The position numbers and the translations under genes were made by a program. This document shows, piece by piece, positions 36,968 to 50,860 of a stretch of DNA of 64,000 bases. The notes beneath the pieces were generated by a model that searched no databases, was not told where the DNA came from, and saw only the letters and a program-made list of their open reading frames with translations. Every line of letters starts with the position of its first letter. Position 1 is the stretch's first letter. The stretch lies in the NCBI RefSeq assembly GCF_009914755.1, contig NC_060929.1. One strand, written 5' to 3'. This DNA comes from the human T2T-CHM13v2.0 reference genome, Homo sapiens.

Positions 36968-38463
36968 AAACACAATGTTCTATAAAAGAGCAAAAAATAT
37001 ATTTCATATAAGGAACGACAACATTTAGTTCAGGAGAAATGTGAAAATGTTCGTGAAGAATGTGGTGTTTGAAATTTATACCAAACATTGTGTAGGAAAC
37101 ATGCATTGCGGACATGTTGGAGAAGTGCTTTAAAGCCAGGATGAGGCATTCATATCCATCCCAGAAGTCAATGAGACTTCTAACCTTGTTTGTTTAGGGA
37201 AGTGGCATAAACCCACTGCAATGCTGGTAACCAGGAGAAGAATGAGAACGGTGAGGCACCTCGTCAACGATTGTTGAATGAATGACCAGAATTTTTCTAA
37301 TCTATAAGATGTAATAATCCAGCGAAATCTGACTTAATGTCAGTTTACTCCACTGTGAGAAAGTGTCAGAAAATGTCAGGAAATGTCACTTCATCAAAGG
37401 GCCTGAGAACAGGAGTGAATAAAATGTCTTAATGTTAAGTAAAATGTTGAATATATTGGCATGCTGCAAATCTGCATGGATATGTTTTGAATTGATAAAT
37501 AAAATGACCTTTCTGGCAAAGTGTGCTATTATTTTATGCACAGTCACAGAGTATGTTATGACACACAGTGTACATGTGGAAAACATTTGCCCTTCTTGGT
37601 CATTTGGATTAATTTGTACCATAAATGCATCTTTTACCACCCTGTTCTCAGATTCATGGGTTTGATGTATGGCACTGTTTAGGTCTTTATTTCTCCTTTT
37701 AACTTTCCTGGAGGGAGTCTTCCAGTGTGACCACAGTGATTGATGTCCACTCTCACAGTGACTAACCTCAGAGGGTGTGTACATGGACAGCTTTATGGCT
37801 CATGGAACTCAGGGAACACTTCCAACCACTTTTATTTTGTTTCCTCTTGTTTTTTTTGCTGTCTCTCAAAGAGAGAAGTTTGAGCTTACTTTCTTAATTT
37901 ATTTAACATCATCTCGTAGAGAACCACTCCTGTGTCTTGATTTCAGATACTACATCCTTGCCTGAGGGTATCACTATGCCAATCAGTAGACCCTTTGCAT
38001 GAGCTCATTTGTGATCGTATCTATTATTAGTTGTGTCTTCTGGCTCTAGCTTTGGGTCGTTGTCTTAATTTCTTCAGCACAGAGTGTTGTATATTGGAGA
38101 CGCTCAATAGATCTTTGTTTTTGTTGATAATATGCTGTTATATTGATGTGTTAATTCATTATGTTGCCTCGATTGTAATTTGCTGCACTTTAGCATGTAC
38201 TATATGGATTTGTTGGCTTTGCTGAATTGTCAGTGGTGATTTTTACCATTTATATTATTCATTTTCTTGTGCTTGAATCTGTCTTCTAAGCTGCTGTAGA
38301 TAAAACTGCCATTCTTATTGTCATATTCCCTACTAATTAAAGATATAATAGGTGCTTCTCCAGTCATTAGGCTGACAAATTTGACACATCAGTTATGAGT
38401 AACCTGGAACAAGTAGCAAAAGCTTTTGACTTGAGCTACATCCTAGCAGTGTAACTGCTAAAA

Positions 38464-38654
38464 TCCTCCCTCCTTTTTCCTTTCCTTTCCTTTCCTTCCC
38501 TTTTCCCTTCCTTTCCTTTCCTTCCTTTTTCCTTTTCCTTTTCCCCTTCCTCCCTCCCTCCCTTCCTTCCTTCCTTCCTTCCTTCCTTCCTTCCTTCCTT
38601 CCTTCCTTCCTTCCTTCCTTCTTTCCTTACTGTCCTACTTCCCTTTCCCTCCTT
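38464..38654. repeat. Polypyrimidine microsatellite (CCTTT)n/(CCTT)n
   Basis: ~165 bp uninterrupted C/T run including a long perfect (CCTT)n. Confidence 0.97.
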
Positions 38655-38894
38655 AAAATAATGTTTGTTTTCTGACGGTGTAAGTTATATAGTTCCATCA
38701 AAAGAAATTTTGGGAATTATGGGAAAAAACATCTACACCATTTTTCTTCACCAAGGGACCATCAAACTCTGTTTTCTAAAGTTTCTCTGTGCCTGAAATC
38801 AGATATCAATAAATACTCTCTGTTGTACAGTTAATTTTGCCCAAAAGTTATTTCTACCCTGTAAAGATAATAAATAATACTAGTACAAATCTTT

Positions 38895-39465
38895 GCTGTA
38901 CTCTTATTGTGGATAATCAAATTTAACATTTTCATTGATGCTGAATAATTGCATCATCACCACCTCTTTCTAAGGTCTCCTCACAATGCAGAGAAGCCAG
39001 AGCCTTTGTGTTTTAAGAATCCCCCTCCCTGTATGGTTTCAGACTGACCTATGCCAAGAAGTAGCATTTCTGCTTGATTAGGAAGGCAGAAGACTGCAAG
39101 GCCATTTTTTTCTGAAGGCAATTTCCATCATATGCTGTGCAGATGAGAGATTCACATTGGCTTTCCAGCCAGCTACTGAAAACCATTGCTTTTACTGATG
39201 CAGACAGAGAAGATCAATGGGAGCTTTCATATACTCATATATTTCAAAGGCATTGCAGCAACTTCCCTATAAGCTCATGAGAAACCCCATACCAGTGCTT
39301 CGGGCTGTGATCATGGGCATGGGGCTTCCCTGACGACCCTCAACTCTTGTTCACTCCCCAACTCATCACTTACTTCCCAACTCTTCTAATGGTTGAATTC
39401 TTTACTTTTTCATATTAAACCCTTCATACTTAGAACACATTAAGTGGCTCTGTTTTCCTAGCCAA
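38895..39465 (+). mobile_element. LTR33-like ERVL LTR remnant
   Basis: aatgcagagaagccaga...gattaggaaggcagaag...attaaaccctt...agtggctctgttttcct. Confidence 0.5.
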
Positions 39466-40048
39466 ATATGTATAAAAATTATTTAAGTTTGGTGTTGATA
39501 GTCTTATTCTTCAGTTAAAGAAACAAGTTCAGTGGGTCATGTAACTTGAACAAGCACACAGAGCTAGGAGGTGAAGGAGGGAAGTTAGTACAGGAATCTG
39601 TCTTAGGGTTTATCCAAATTACTGTTCTGCTGTTGCTTCTGCCATCTTAAAATGCTTCCTGTGCTCACTTCCAGCAATGCTGCCTCATCTATCACCTAGT
39701 GTCCTGTAGCTTTAGCCTCTCCCAAGACTCAAGCCAGCTATCTCTACTCTGAAATATGCGGCTCATTTGGCTCTCAGGGACCTGCCCAGGGTTCTGAATT
39801 TGTGGGGTTAGGGACATGTCTACTGTATTCCAAAGATGAAGAAACATCTTTCTCCTTTTCTGTCCCCTAAAGGTTTTACAAAATTGTGAAGCCTCTCCTT
39901 GTCTATTTGTATTCTGGGGTATCTATCTTTCATCTCAAACCTTATGATTGATGGTGGGGAGCATGGTGTTTAGCTTTATTATTTCCATCAGCCAGATTAT
40001 TTTCTGTCTGAGAAATTCCTTGCCTTTGCATTGAGTATGTAGATTTTA

Positions 40049-40113
40049 TCCTTATTTCTTTTTGTGTTTTTTTTTCCTTTACCCTTATTTCTTTTTGTGT
40101 TTTTTTCCCTTTA
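40049..40113. repeat. ~33-bp tandem duplication
   Basis: ccttatttctttttgtgttttttt(t/c)ccttta x2. Confidence 0.92.
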
Positions 40114-41024
40114 AAGAATCAAAATCTGAAATCAGAAACAAATGTGTTTTTAATTTTAGTGTCTCTTATGACTTCCATGTTCTTCCTATCTCTTTACTAA
40201 AACTCAATAATCTTCTGAATTGATGAGATATTTACAGAGATTTTTCTCATGTCTATGTTTGGAGTAACAACCTCAAAATCTAAAGATGCTGCTTTTGAAT
40301 TTCATCTTGTGACTCTCTGTGTAACTAATTGTTCAGGGTAAGTGTCTATATGTACTGTGAACATTTTAAATATGGCTTAAATCTGCTATCCTTTGTTAAT
40401 ATTAAAATTAAAACATCAAAGTTATTAATTTTTTTGTCAAAGGTTTAAATTCTGCATCAGTTAGCTGAAAATTAACTGTTAAATACATCAGTAACTCAAT
40501 TTTTCTTTAAAGATAAGTGATTCATGAAAAAAATATGGAATAGTGTTTCAGTATGTCTTGCTTTATTTCATGGAGATTTTCAATTAGATGAATGCTTTTG
40601 TTATCAATTATCATGGAAAGATAAGTTAAATACACTCAATTAAATAGTCACTTTTGAAGTTTCTAGGTCTAACTTTGACCCATCCTAATTTACTTTAGCT
40701 TCCTTTTAAAGGAAGCCAATAATTTACCTAAGGATTTGTTTTTATTAGGTAAATTAGCGAACCCATTTGACTGTGTCAAGAAAAAGTAAGAGATATTTTG
40801 GAATGAAAAAGCAGTACCTTTTGAGGGACTATAATAATGATTAACATCTCTGTATTCACTTTCTACTGTCATGAAAGATACAGATGCTTTTGTCTATTGC
40901 TCTCTTTTGAATTCTTTTACAGCTGTTAGTACAGAAAACTATACATGGACTATAAGGAAACACTGCATTTGATTTTATGACATGGGCTTACTATTAGTCA
41001 TCAGATTTCAAACAAATTTAGATT

Positions 41025-41360
41025 TACTCATTTGTTCACTTACTCCAGAATCATACTGAGTCTTTGTTTTAGGTGCTTAGTGTATCCAGTCCCCCTCACT
41101 ACCCCTCAAACAGTTAAATGTGGCCCTTGACATCAAGGACTCAGAATAAAGAGAGGGAGAAGCATGTAATCAATTACAATACAAAGCAGAAAATACTGTA
41201 ATCATAGAACATGAACTGACAAAATGTATATAGATTGTACGGGAAGACCACATCCAAGATGTACTGTGGAGACCCAAGCTGTATTAGCAGCAGATCTTCT
41301 GGTAGATGTGAGTTGGAAATTGAGTTGAAGATGAGATAAACAGTTCCAAAAAGGAACAGG
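41025..41360 (-). mobile_element. L2 fragment
   Basis: ctcatttgttcact...tactgag...aatcaattacaataca...ttgagttgaagatga. Confidence 0.5.
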
Positions 41361-41382
41361 ATAGATATTTTCTCTTGGTTAA

Positions 41383-41431
41383 GAATAATAACATGAATAA
41401 TAACATGAATAATAACAAGAATAATAACATG
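41383..41431. repeat. (AATAATAACATG)n x4
   Basis: 12-bp unit directly visible. Confidence 0.9.
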
Positions 41432-44400
41432 ATGACTACTTTTAGTCATCATTTTTATATTTAATCTTTGTAGCCAGATTAATTTAAAACTTTTTTCCAT
41501 TTTGTATCTCATCTCTTGAGACTCATAGCAGCCGCTCATGTACTCAATGACACAGTTTTAGCATTTTCTTAATTGTATTACATAATTCCAAATTCTGTAA
41601 CTTAAGGTAAAGTGAGTAAAGAATACATTAATAACTTAGATACTATGAGTTATATTTGGGAATAATAGCCCTTCCAAAGAGAGCTTATGAATGCTGCTCT
41701 CCAAAGGTTAGCAAGAGCATAAAAATTATGTGAGGGTTATTTTAGAAACTTTTACTCCTAAAAATTAACCATATCTTCAAAGACTGGACAAGAAATTTAT
41801 TTTATTTGGGGAATGTATTAGTTTAGAAGAGAATGCATGTTAGTGAACTATTTGAGTGCCTTGCTCCACTCTGGCCCCAGTCTTTGGCGTGTGGGACCTC
41901 TGTGGGATAATGAGCTGAGATAACTTTCTTACCTAACACTAAACACATGAGAACTTAGAAGATGTACTGATTCTGGCAGTTGCCAGTAATGTGGCATCAG
42001 ACATTTACTTACACTTCCTAGAGGAGTAGCAGTTTTCCTACCTGTAAAATCAGGGTTATGTTATCCTGTGGAGATGTGAAAATAAATTAATGTACACAGC
42101 AAAGGGCTCTATATATTACAGACTACTTTGTCAAACTCCTAAACATTGAAGAGAATGTACAATGTGTAAGGAACCACTTTAGGATAGAGGAAGAAGCCAC
42201 ATGACACATAGTCACACAATGCCAGAGCAGTACCACAGATGCCATCTGATGTCTCTCGACTCAGGATTCATTCTACTACAGCATGTTGGGTTTCCTGTGA
42301 GTCTGTGTTGAAGAAATGGACCCAGAAATGTTGCTGTGTTAGCAGTTTGCCACTAAAAATGACCACTTAGGAAAAGCATATTTGTGGCCCGTCTGCTTTC
42401 ATTGTGGGAGCTGTAAATGTAGAAGGAGATAAATTACTCCCCATTAATCTGTGCCTAACAGCGCACTTCTTTTAAAATTCTTAGAAGTATCTCGCATTTC
42501 ATACTTAATACTATACTAATTCATGCTAATGACTTGAGAATTCCTAAGAGATGACTGAATTGTGCAAATGAGTAGCGATGCACATTAGAAAACAACATTA
42601 TAAAATCAGGTATGTGAAATCCTGAGATGTACTTGCTTTATTTATTTTAACAAGGGCAGTTTACTTTCTGTAACTCATAATAAAGTACTACTGTGGAATA
42701 GCAAATGTACTAAAGTTGTTTTATTAAAGTAATAAAGCCTGAATAGGAGGCTTCACTAAAGCCCACCACCATTAAATTGTTACGAATATTGAGTTAAAGA
42801 TGCCAGGTTATTGTATTTTTAATTTTCTGTATAAAATTCTATTTAAAATTTTGCACGTTTCAGAGAACATAAGGAATTTATGACTACTCTTCTTCCCTTA
42901 CTTGTCTTTGGAATGAAAATATTTTTTGCAAATATCTGAAAAATTCCAAGCTGACATTTCTTTTCATTTGGCTAAGACGCTTGAGTAATACAACTGAGAT
43001 CATGACCAAGTTTACAGAGGAGCTCTCTGCTGAGAATATATGCTGACTCTCACTAATTGCCCTTTTGCAAGCAGAAACCCGAGGCACAAGCAACATGAGG
43101 TCAATGGATGGTTTCAAGGAGGAACATCTATACTGTGTATATGTACTCTAGCCACCAAGCTCTTCCTGGTTGGTTCTGCCTACTCTTGGAGTTCATGTCC
43201 ATCCACTCAGCTTTAGCATGGTTACAAGGTTTTGAAAATCAGAGCACATACCCTTTGCCTCCCCTGGGTTATCTCAGGGCTTATGATACATAGAAATGCG
43301 TAATACATGCTGTTGACCATATGAAGCTTGACTAATTTTATTCATCATGGCTAAAGAGGAGGGGAACCATATTTTTCCTTCTTTCGTACATTTTCTTTAT
43401 CCTATAAGTTTTGGTGTAATATAAAGCTAGTGGATTACAGTGAGAAAGGAAAGAAGAATCAATACTATTAGCACCTGAGAAAAATACATAGAATCAACAT
43501 TCTTGCTTACAATTTTAGTAAGGCACCACATGAGCATCACCACTTGTGGAAAAGTAACTTAAAGTGCAACTGACTGGCCATTGTGTTCTTTATTCCACAT
43601 GATCAATAACTCTTCGTTAACAGTATGGAAGTTGAAGCTATACATAAATGATTTCTGTACTTTGTTTATACACCTTTGCCTTCCTTAAAATCATATTAAG
43701 CTGAATCGTACTACACTATTTTTCATTGAGTGAAAACCCAGTTTGTATGAAGAAGGTTATTGTTAGCTCTTCAGAACTTCTCATAGGCTATAACCCATAT
43801 AAAATAAATAAATAAAAACAGCAAGTACATAACATATTTGGAGGCCAAATTTTCTTTTATTTATTCTTATTGGCATGGTATACAAGGAAATAGTTGGAAT
43901 AAAGTAATATATGGCTCACATGTGTGCACTTGTTTTCATATTACATTTTATTTAACCTCTTTTTATTAAATGGATTGTGTTTTATCAATTGCTAGTGTTA
44001 GCTCACCTGTTACAAATTTAGAAATTTATAACACAAAAATATAGCAAGAAAGCATGAAACAGCATGAAATTATATTGTTATTATATATTTTCCCCATCTT
44101 CTCCTTCCTCTTTGCCCCTCCAATCTCTTATCTGGACTGCTCTGGCTCATTATATATTATGAATTCAAAAGTGGAAGTTGGCAGTTTGTGAATTTTGAAC
44201 AGAGAGAGAAAACTTAAAACTTGTTTATGCCATGTGAAGTAATACAGTATGGCCAAGATTAGAATGACAAAATCTACATGAAAGCAACGTTCCAAGCTCA
44301 GCTCTGGTCTAAAATATACAAGATAAGAGTTATTAGGTCTGGAATGTTCTTCTTGATGGTTTTTGGTAGCTTAGAGTCTGAGATTTGTCTGAAAATTCCC

Positions 44401-44910
44401 AATCTGAGTCAGGCTTTTTCCTTTGCCAACATCCGTATTTCAGGTTATCTGCCCCTACTGACATAGGTTATGCAGTGCAAGGTATCTTCATTCAAATTTC
44501 ATCTTCACTATTTACTATTTGTATAATCTTTGGATATATTAATGATTTTAAGCCTTGGCTTCCACATTAGTTACGTGGAATTAATAATTTTTCTTTTTTT
44601 CTAGGAAATATATGGGAGAATACATGGTATATGGTAAATAAAGTCTTAAATTCGGGTACTGGCATATTTTAATATTCAAAAAGTAATGCTTTTATTTCTT
44701 TCCATACATTGAGGAAGAAAAATGCTGGGTATTCATCCATTCCCTCACTCAACCAATCAATTTAAAGTCTGTATTGTAGTCCAGTAGTGTATTAGATATA
44801 AGGAATAGAAATCAGGGGATCCAATCACTTTCCTAATGAAGCTTGCTGATTAATAGGGGACACAGATGTACGGACAACCTATTATAATGTAATGACACAG
44901 ATGCTGAAAA

Positions 44911-45795
44911 ACATATATATTCATATATATTTAATATATATGTGTGTGTATGCATGTGTGTGTATATATATGTATACCATATATATGGTATACATATACA
45001 TACATATATATGGTATACATATACATACATATATATGGTATACATATACATACATATATATGGTATACATATACATACATATATATGGTATACATATACA
45101 TACATATATATGGTATACATATACATACATATATATGGTATACATATACATACATATATATGGTATACATATACATACATATATATGGTATACATATACA
45201 TACATATATATGGTATACATATACATACATATATATGGTATACATATACATACATATATGGTATACATATACATATATATGGTATACATATATATACATA
45301 CATATATATGGTATACATACATACATATATATGGTATACATATATACACATATATATGGTATACATATATACACATATATATATGGTATACATATATACA
45401 CATATATATATGGTATACATATATACACATATATATATGGTATACATATATACACATATATATGGTATACATATATACACATATATATATGGTATACATA
45501 TATACACATATATATATGGTATACATATATACACATATATATATGGTATACATATATACACACATATATGGTATACATATATATACATATATATATGGTA
45601 TACATATATACACACATATATGGTATACATATATATACATATATATGGTATATATATATACATATATATGGTATACATATATATACATATATATGGTATA
45701 TATATATACATATATATGGTATACATATATATACATATATATATGGTATACATATATATACATATATATATACACACACACACACACATATATAT
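44911..45795. repeat. TA-rich minisatellite/VNTR, unit ~23-27 bp (GGTATACATATACATACATATATAT and variants)
   Basis: Ten identical 25-mers at 44987-45236, then variant blocks. TG-rich left flank and CA-rich right flank. Confidence 0.98.
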
Positions 45796-47934
45796 GACTA
45801 TGGCCAGAGGAAGAAAAATGTCAGCTGATGTGTAAACAAACAACACAGAAAGACTTCTTGGAAAGATGATGCTTAATCTCTGTCTAGAATGTTGATGAAA
45901 AATGAATCAGGTGAAGAAGGGGTTGTGATGTCTTGAACATTCCTGGAAAATAATACAATGTCAAAAGCCACTGGTACCTAAAATTGCCTGGAGCTTGGAG
46001 AATGCCCAACACTTCCCACATGGCCAAAAGAAATCATTTTAGGACAGACATAGCTTTAAAAGTGGACTATTTCATGATATTTCCATTGTTTAACAATATT
46101 TGAGTAAACAACAAAGAAATCAGCTGCTCTCAAAGATATAAGCTGGGCCAGCTCTTAGCTTGTGTGAAGTTATTTATTTCCTGTGTCTTTGAGGAATTGC
46201 ACTAAGGTGGACTCAAACAGCTAAAATTATTTTATCTTGTTTCATGTACATAAAAATGTGTAATACTTGTCAAGATGGGTAGAAACTATGTTCTATGAAG
46301 CCAATATATGGTGAATACAATTTCTCTTTACCATGACAATAAAAGCTATGTTGGCAAAAGGTATGGTTTCTATCTCTAATCATAGCTTTTACAAAATAAA
46401 CCATTTTAATTAGCTTATGATGGAATTTTGACAAGAATTTAAATACAACTTGTTTTTTTATTTAAAAAAATTTTATGTTGTATTTCACACTGATGGGTCC
46501 CAGTAAGTCTATTAATTGCTGTGAAAAGTGGTAGATATTTTATAGGTAGTTATAATTTTACTATGGCTGTGATTCAATAAACAAGAAACAAAAACATGTT
46601 GACTCTGTTGTCATTGCTGTGAATTTTCTGTGGAGTTTACACTTTCATTGTGTGTTCCATTTTTACTTGGTGGACTTTCTCTGACTTCTTTAGGTTATAT
46701 TTAAGATAAGTAACTTAGAACTGCCAGTGGGGTTTCTAAAAAGGTAGTATTATGGTTTGGGACACTGGAAAAAATCATAGTTCCTATTTTGTCGCATCAA
46801 TTTTCTAATAATATCTAGTATTTTGATAAGTATTTTGATAAAGATTTCTCCATTTGACATTTAATTTTAAAATATTTTCCTTTCACAAGGACATGTGTGA
46901 GCAAATTTGCTTTGAGTCTCTGTGGGGATTAGTTCTGTATTTCCAGAAGTCACATAAATAGAGGGTGGTAGAGGGGTCAAAGTGGTCTCCTTCATAGAAC
47001 TGATTAGATAAATATTTAACTTACTTAGGAGTAAAAGCTGATTAAAACAGTATTGTTTAAAACCAGATATATGTGCTCTGAAGTTTCTGTAGTTATTTTT
47101 ATATGTTTATATAATGTAATCACATATTTTCATGAAATTTTTTGAGGTAAATTTTATTTCAGCATTTCTTTGCTAACTTTGTCAATATGTTGAAGCAAAT
47201 GTTACTCTTAAAAGACATTTAAAAAGGTATATTTTGTTTTATTTTGATTTTCACAATCCATTTCACTTATTTTCGACTTTACAAAATTAAAATATTCCAA
47301 ATGATTCCAAAGTGTTTAAAGAAAATTTATTCATCTCCTTTGACCCATTAAAAATACATGTATGTGTTTGTGTATGAATATATATGACAGAATGCATTTT
47401 CTCTCACTAATCTATTGTTACATAAGAATTAAAATTCTCTTGCTAATCTATTTTTACATAAGAAAGAATTAAAACACTTTCTCTTAAAAATACACAACTA
47501 AAAGTTTCTCTTAAAAGTATGCAACCAGTGTTCCAGTCTATGTGTTATTAAGAATTTAGAATTGAATAGAGTGCAATATTGAGGGCCACTATCTAACATT
47601 GTAGATAACTGTTGTACTGCTTCTGATTCTCTAAGTAAATCAAGTGCAAATTATTCAAATTAATGTTCTAAGTATTCTTTGAAATGCATACATCAAAATA
47701 GATTACATATGACAATTATATGGACTCTGTTATAAAAGAGGTACTCTAAACTAAACTCAGATTATGGTTTCTAAAGTAGTAACTGAACTTTATGAACTAG
47801 AAGTTAGAGGCAGTTATACCAGTATTTGTGACAGCAACTCTGAGATTATCATTTTGCATAATATGCTGCATGTCATCAGTAGCATAATGCTTGAGCCTCA
47901 GGGTCTCTCATTTGTGCAAGACCCTTTGGAGGCC

Positions 47935-48089
47935 TGTACCTTAGTAGAGGTACTGGCTTCTGCAACAGTATCTCCTGAGAGTGTGTTAGAAATGCAATGC
48001 CACAGGTATCACCCCTAAACTAATCAAATTCTGCCTTTTCACAAGATCTCCATGTGATTCATGTGCACATTAATGTTTAAGAAGGACTG
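47935..48089. mobile_element. MER5A1-like MITE
   Basis: gttagaaatgca...tctgccttttcacaagatctccatgtgattcatgtgcacattaatgtttaagaaggactg. Confidence 0.75.
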
Positions 48090-48671
48090 TTCTAACTGCA
48101 CTATTATTGATAAAAAATAATGCATAGCAGATAGTTGAAATTCTTAATGAAATGTAAACATCTTTTGCCAAAACACAAAAGTTTCAAATAACTCTTAGGG
48201 AAATCCTTTGGTCCATAAACCAATTTATAAAATCTATGATGGAAGAATAATATTTTGAGACATTAAACAATATTTAATGTTTTCGTCTATACTTCCTGTA
48301 TTTCCTCTTTTTCCATCACTCTCCTTCAAACAGTAGGTAGATATTAATATGTGCATTGCCTTAAGGGTGAAATGTGATATTCTACAAAGCTGAAATTTTA
48401 TGATCATAGTGTTCCAAAGGCTAAGCCCTCAGGTCAGAGGTCTCAAAATTATGATCTGCAAGCTAAATGCATCCCACAGATGTGTTTTGTCAGTAAAGTG
48501 TTTGTCCAGTTTATTTTTAAATTTGGACATATGTAGACAAATGGAGTCCACTATACCTGGCTCCAGTGGCATGGAAAGAGGATTGGGGATCCCTTAAAAG
48601 GCCAAGGTTAAACTTTCTCATCAAATTAACTGTGTGGAAGCCAAAATAAAAATTTAGAGAAATTATAAAGT

Positions 48672-48880
48672 TATCAATAGCTAACACATAGCACTTCAAA
48701 TGTGCTAAGCATTGTTCTAAGCACTTACTAAATTATTTAATCTCCACAACAACCCCATAAGATAGATGCTATGATTATGACCATCCCAATATGAGGAAAC
48801 TGAGGTATAGAAAGATGCTTATTTGCCGAAAGTTCCGCAGCTAGTGCAATATATGACAGAGTTGAATTTTGAACATAAGT
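48672..48880 (-). mobile_element. MIR
   Basis: aatagctaacac...ttctaagcactt...atttaatctccacaacaacccc...atgaggaaactgagg. Confidence 0.85.
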
Positions 48881-49534
48881 AATATTATGGTGTCAGTCCT
48901 TGAAAAACTATGTTAGACCTACAGTTATATTTCCTGCACATAAGAAGTTCTGGGCTCATGTTTTTGAATCTGACATGTGCTTCTTCTCCTTTATAGTGCA
49001 GTGTCTATAGTAGAGGAATCCAGCACTATTGCAGTCCTAGTGATTCAATAGAAATGACACACAGAACACTGGGCTGCAGTAGAAGTTACTTTCTACATAG
49101 CTGGTAGATCCTTGATGCTGTTGTGTCTTCCCCAGTCTAAAGATACAAAAGGAAGTGAGCTTATAGCCGTGAACTGCTCAGCTTGCTGGAAGTTTGCTTT
49201 GTACACAGAGCAAGGCCCTGGAGAGATCCTGGAGAGCTGGGCCTGCTCACTCAGGTACTTACAGAATATTTATCTTCTACAGTACATATTTTCTGGTTCA
49301 TTAGTAAGCACAGTGAGAGTAACCTTGAACCAAGCCCGAGTTGTCATGTTTTCCAGTCTTGCACCATGCACAGGCCTTTTGCGGTCTGGACTAGCTTAGC
49401 ACTCCTTTTGTGCATCTGTACAGTTTGCTTCCTATTTCTCATCTAATTTATTTTTTAGATTTTAAATTATTTTGTCTCAATTGCTATGCTTCTAATTTGG
49501 TGTTTCTGTTTCTAAAGTTTTTGGGTTTTTAAAG

Positions 49535-49893
49535 TATTTTTATTGCTGTATCATGGTTGTACATACCTTCAGAGTACATGTGATATTTTGATACATGTAT
49601 ACATTGTGCAATGATCAAATCAGTATAATTGGGATATCCCTTGTCATAAACATTTATCTTTTTTTTGCATTGGGAACATTACACTTCTTCTAGTTATTTT
49701 GAAGTATACAGTAAATTATTGTTAACTATAATTTTCTTACTGTACAATCAAATACTATAACTTATTCCTTCTATCTAACTGTATTTTTACACACATTAAA
49801 CAACTTCTCTTCATCCGTTCTCCTGCTGATTTCCCTTTCCAGCTTTTGGTAACCACTATTCTATCTCTGCTTCCATGCAATCAACTCTTTTTT
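49535..49893 (-). mobile_element. L1MA 3' end
   Basis: gtacatgtgatattttgatacatgtatacattgtgcaatgatcaaatcag...tggtaaccactattcta. Confidence 0.85.
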
Positions 49894-50493
49894 AAACGTT
49901 TTTCTTATGTTTAGGGTACATGTGCAGGATTGTTACATAAGTAAACTGTGTGTTGTCGGGGTTAGGTGTACAGATTACTTCATCACCCAGGTAATGAGCA
50001 TAGTACCTGATAGGCATTTTTCTTTGATCCTCTCCCTCTTCCCACCCTCCACCCTCAAATAGACCCCAGTGTTCTCCTGTTTGGGTCCACATGTTCTCGC
50101 TGTTTACCTCACACTTATAATTTAGAATATATAGTATTTGGTTTTCTGTTCTGCATCAGTTTGATTAGGATAATGGTCTCTAGCTCCATCCATGTTGCTG
50201 CAAAGAACATTATCTCACTTTTTATGGTTGTTTAGTATCCCATGGTGTATATGTACCATAATTTCTTTATCCTGTCTACTGTTGATGGGCATTGAGGTTG
50301 ATTCTGTCTTTGCTATCGTGAAGAGTGCCGCAATAAACATGTGTGTATGTGTCTTTACAGTAGAATAAATTATATTCCTTTGGGTATATACCCAGTAATA
50401 AGACTGCCAGGTTGAGTGGCAATTCTGTTAGGGCACATATGCAGGATTGTTATATAGGTAAACTGCATGTTATGTTTGGTTGGTGTACAGATT
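49894..50493 (-). mobile_element. L1PA15/16-like 3' end with a duplicated terminal segment
   Basis: gggtacatgtgcaggattgttac...catcacccaggtaatgagcatagtacc. The terminal ~65 nt recurs at 50428-50493. Confidence 0.88.
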
Positions 50494-50654
50494 TGGGACT
50501 GCAGATATCTCTTTGATATATACTGATTTCCTTTCTTTTTCCCCATGCATTTTAGCATGTGAAGTTTAGTGAAAGAACATTATACTATAAAACAAGTTAT
50601 ACAGTAAGACTACAGCAAATTTATTGTATCAGAAGGAAAGGCAGAGAAGACTGG

Positions 50655-50860
50655 TGTAAGGGCAGGTCAGTTTGAGATTTGGTGGTGTCCTGATGAAGTG
50701 GCCTTGGACTTTACTGTTACAGTGAACTCCTTCCCACTTCCAGCTGCTGGTCCCGGCATCTCCTTGCCTGAGGGCTTTCTCCAGCTGCTCAAAGATGTTC
50801 TGCTTGAATGTGAGGAGCCAGAACTACCTGGGAATTAGGACTCTACAGGAGCAGCCCTTG
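50655..50860 (+). mobile_element. LTR16-like 5' fragment
   Basis: ccagctgctg...tgcctgagggctttctc...cctgggaatt...gcagccctt. Confidence 0.55.

Noticed and set aside
37731-37779. Two CACAGTG heptamers resembling V(D)J recombination signals
   Set aside because: There is no ACAAAAACC nonamer at 12 or 23 spacing and no V/J segments.
44987-45760. Regularly spaced repeats as a CRISPR-like array
   Set aside because: There are no unique spacers and no cas genes, and the context is primate. It is a plain tandem repeat.
44833-45846. Six overlapping 284-337 aa ORFs rich in Y/I/H/T/M/C
   Set aside because: They are an artefact of the minisatellite: near-strict purine/pyrimidine alternation cannot form TAA, TAG or TGA, so all frames stay open.
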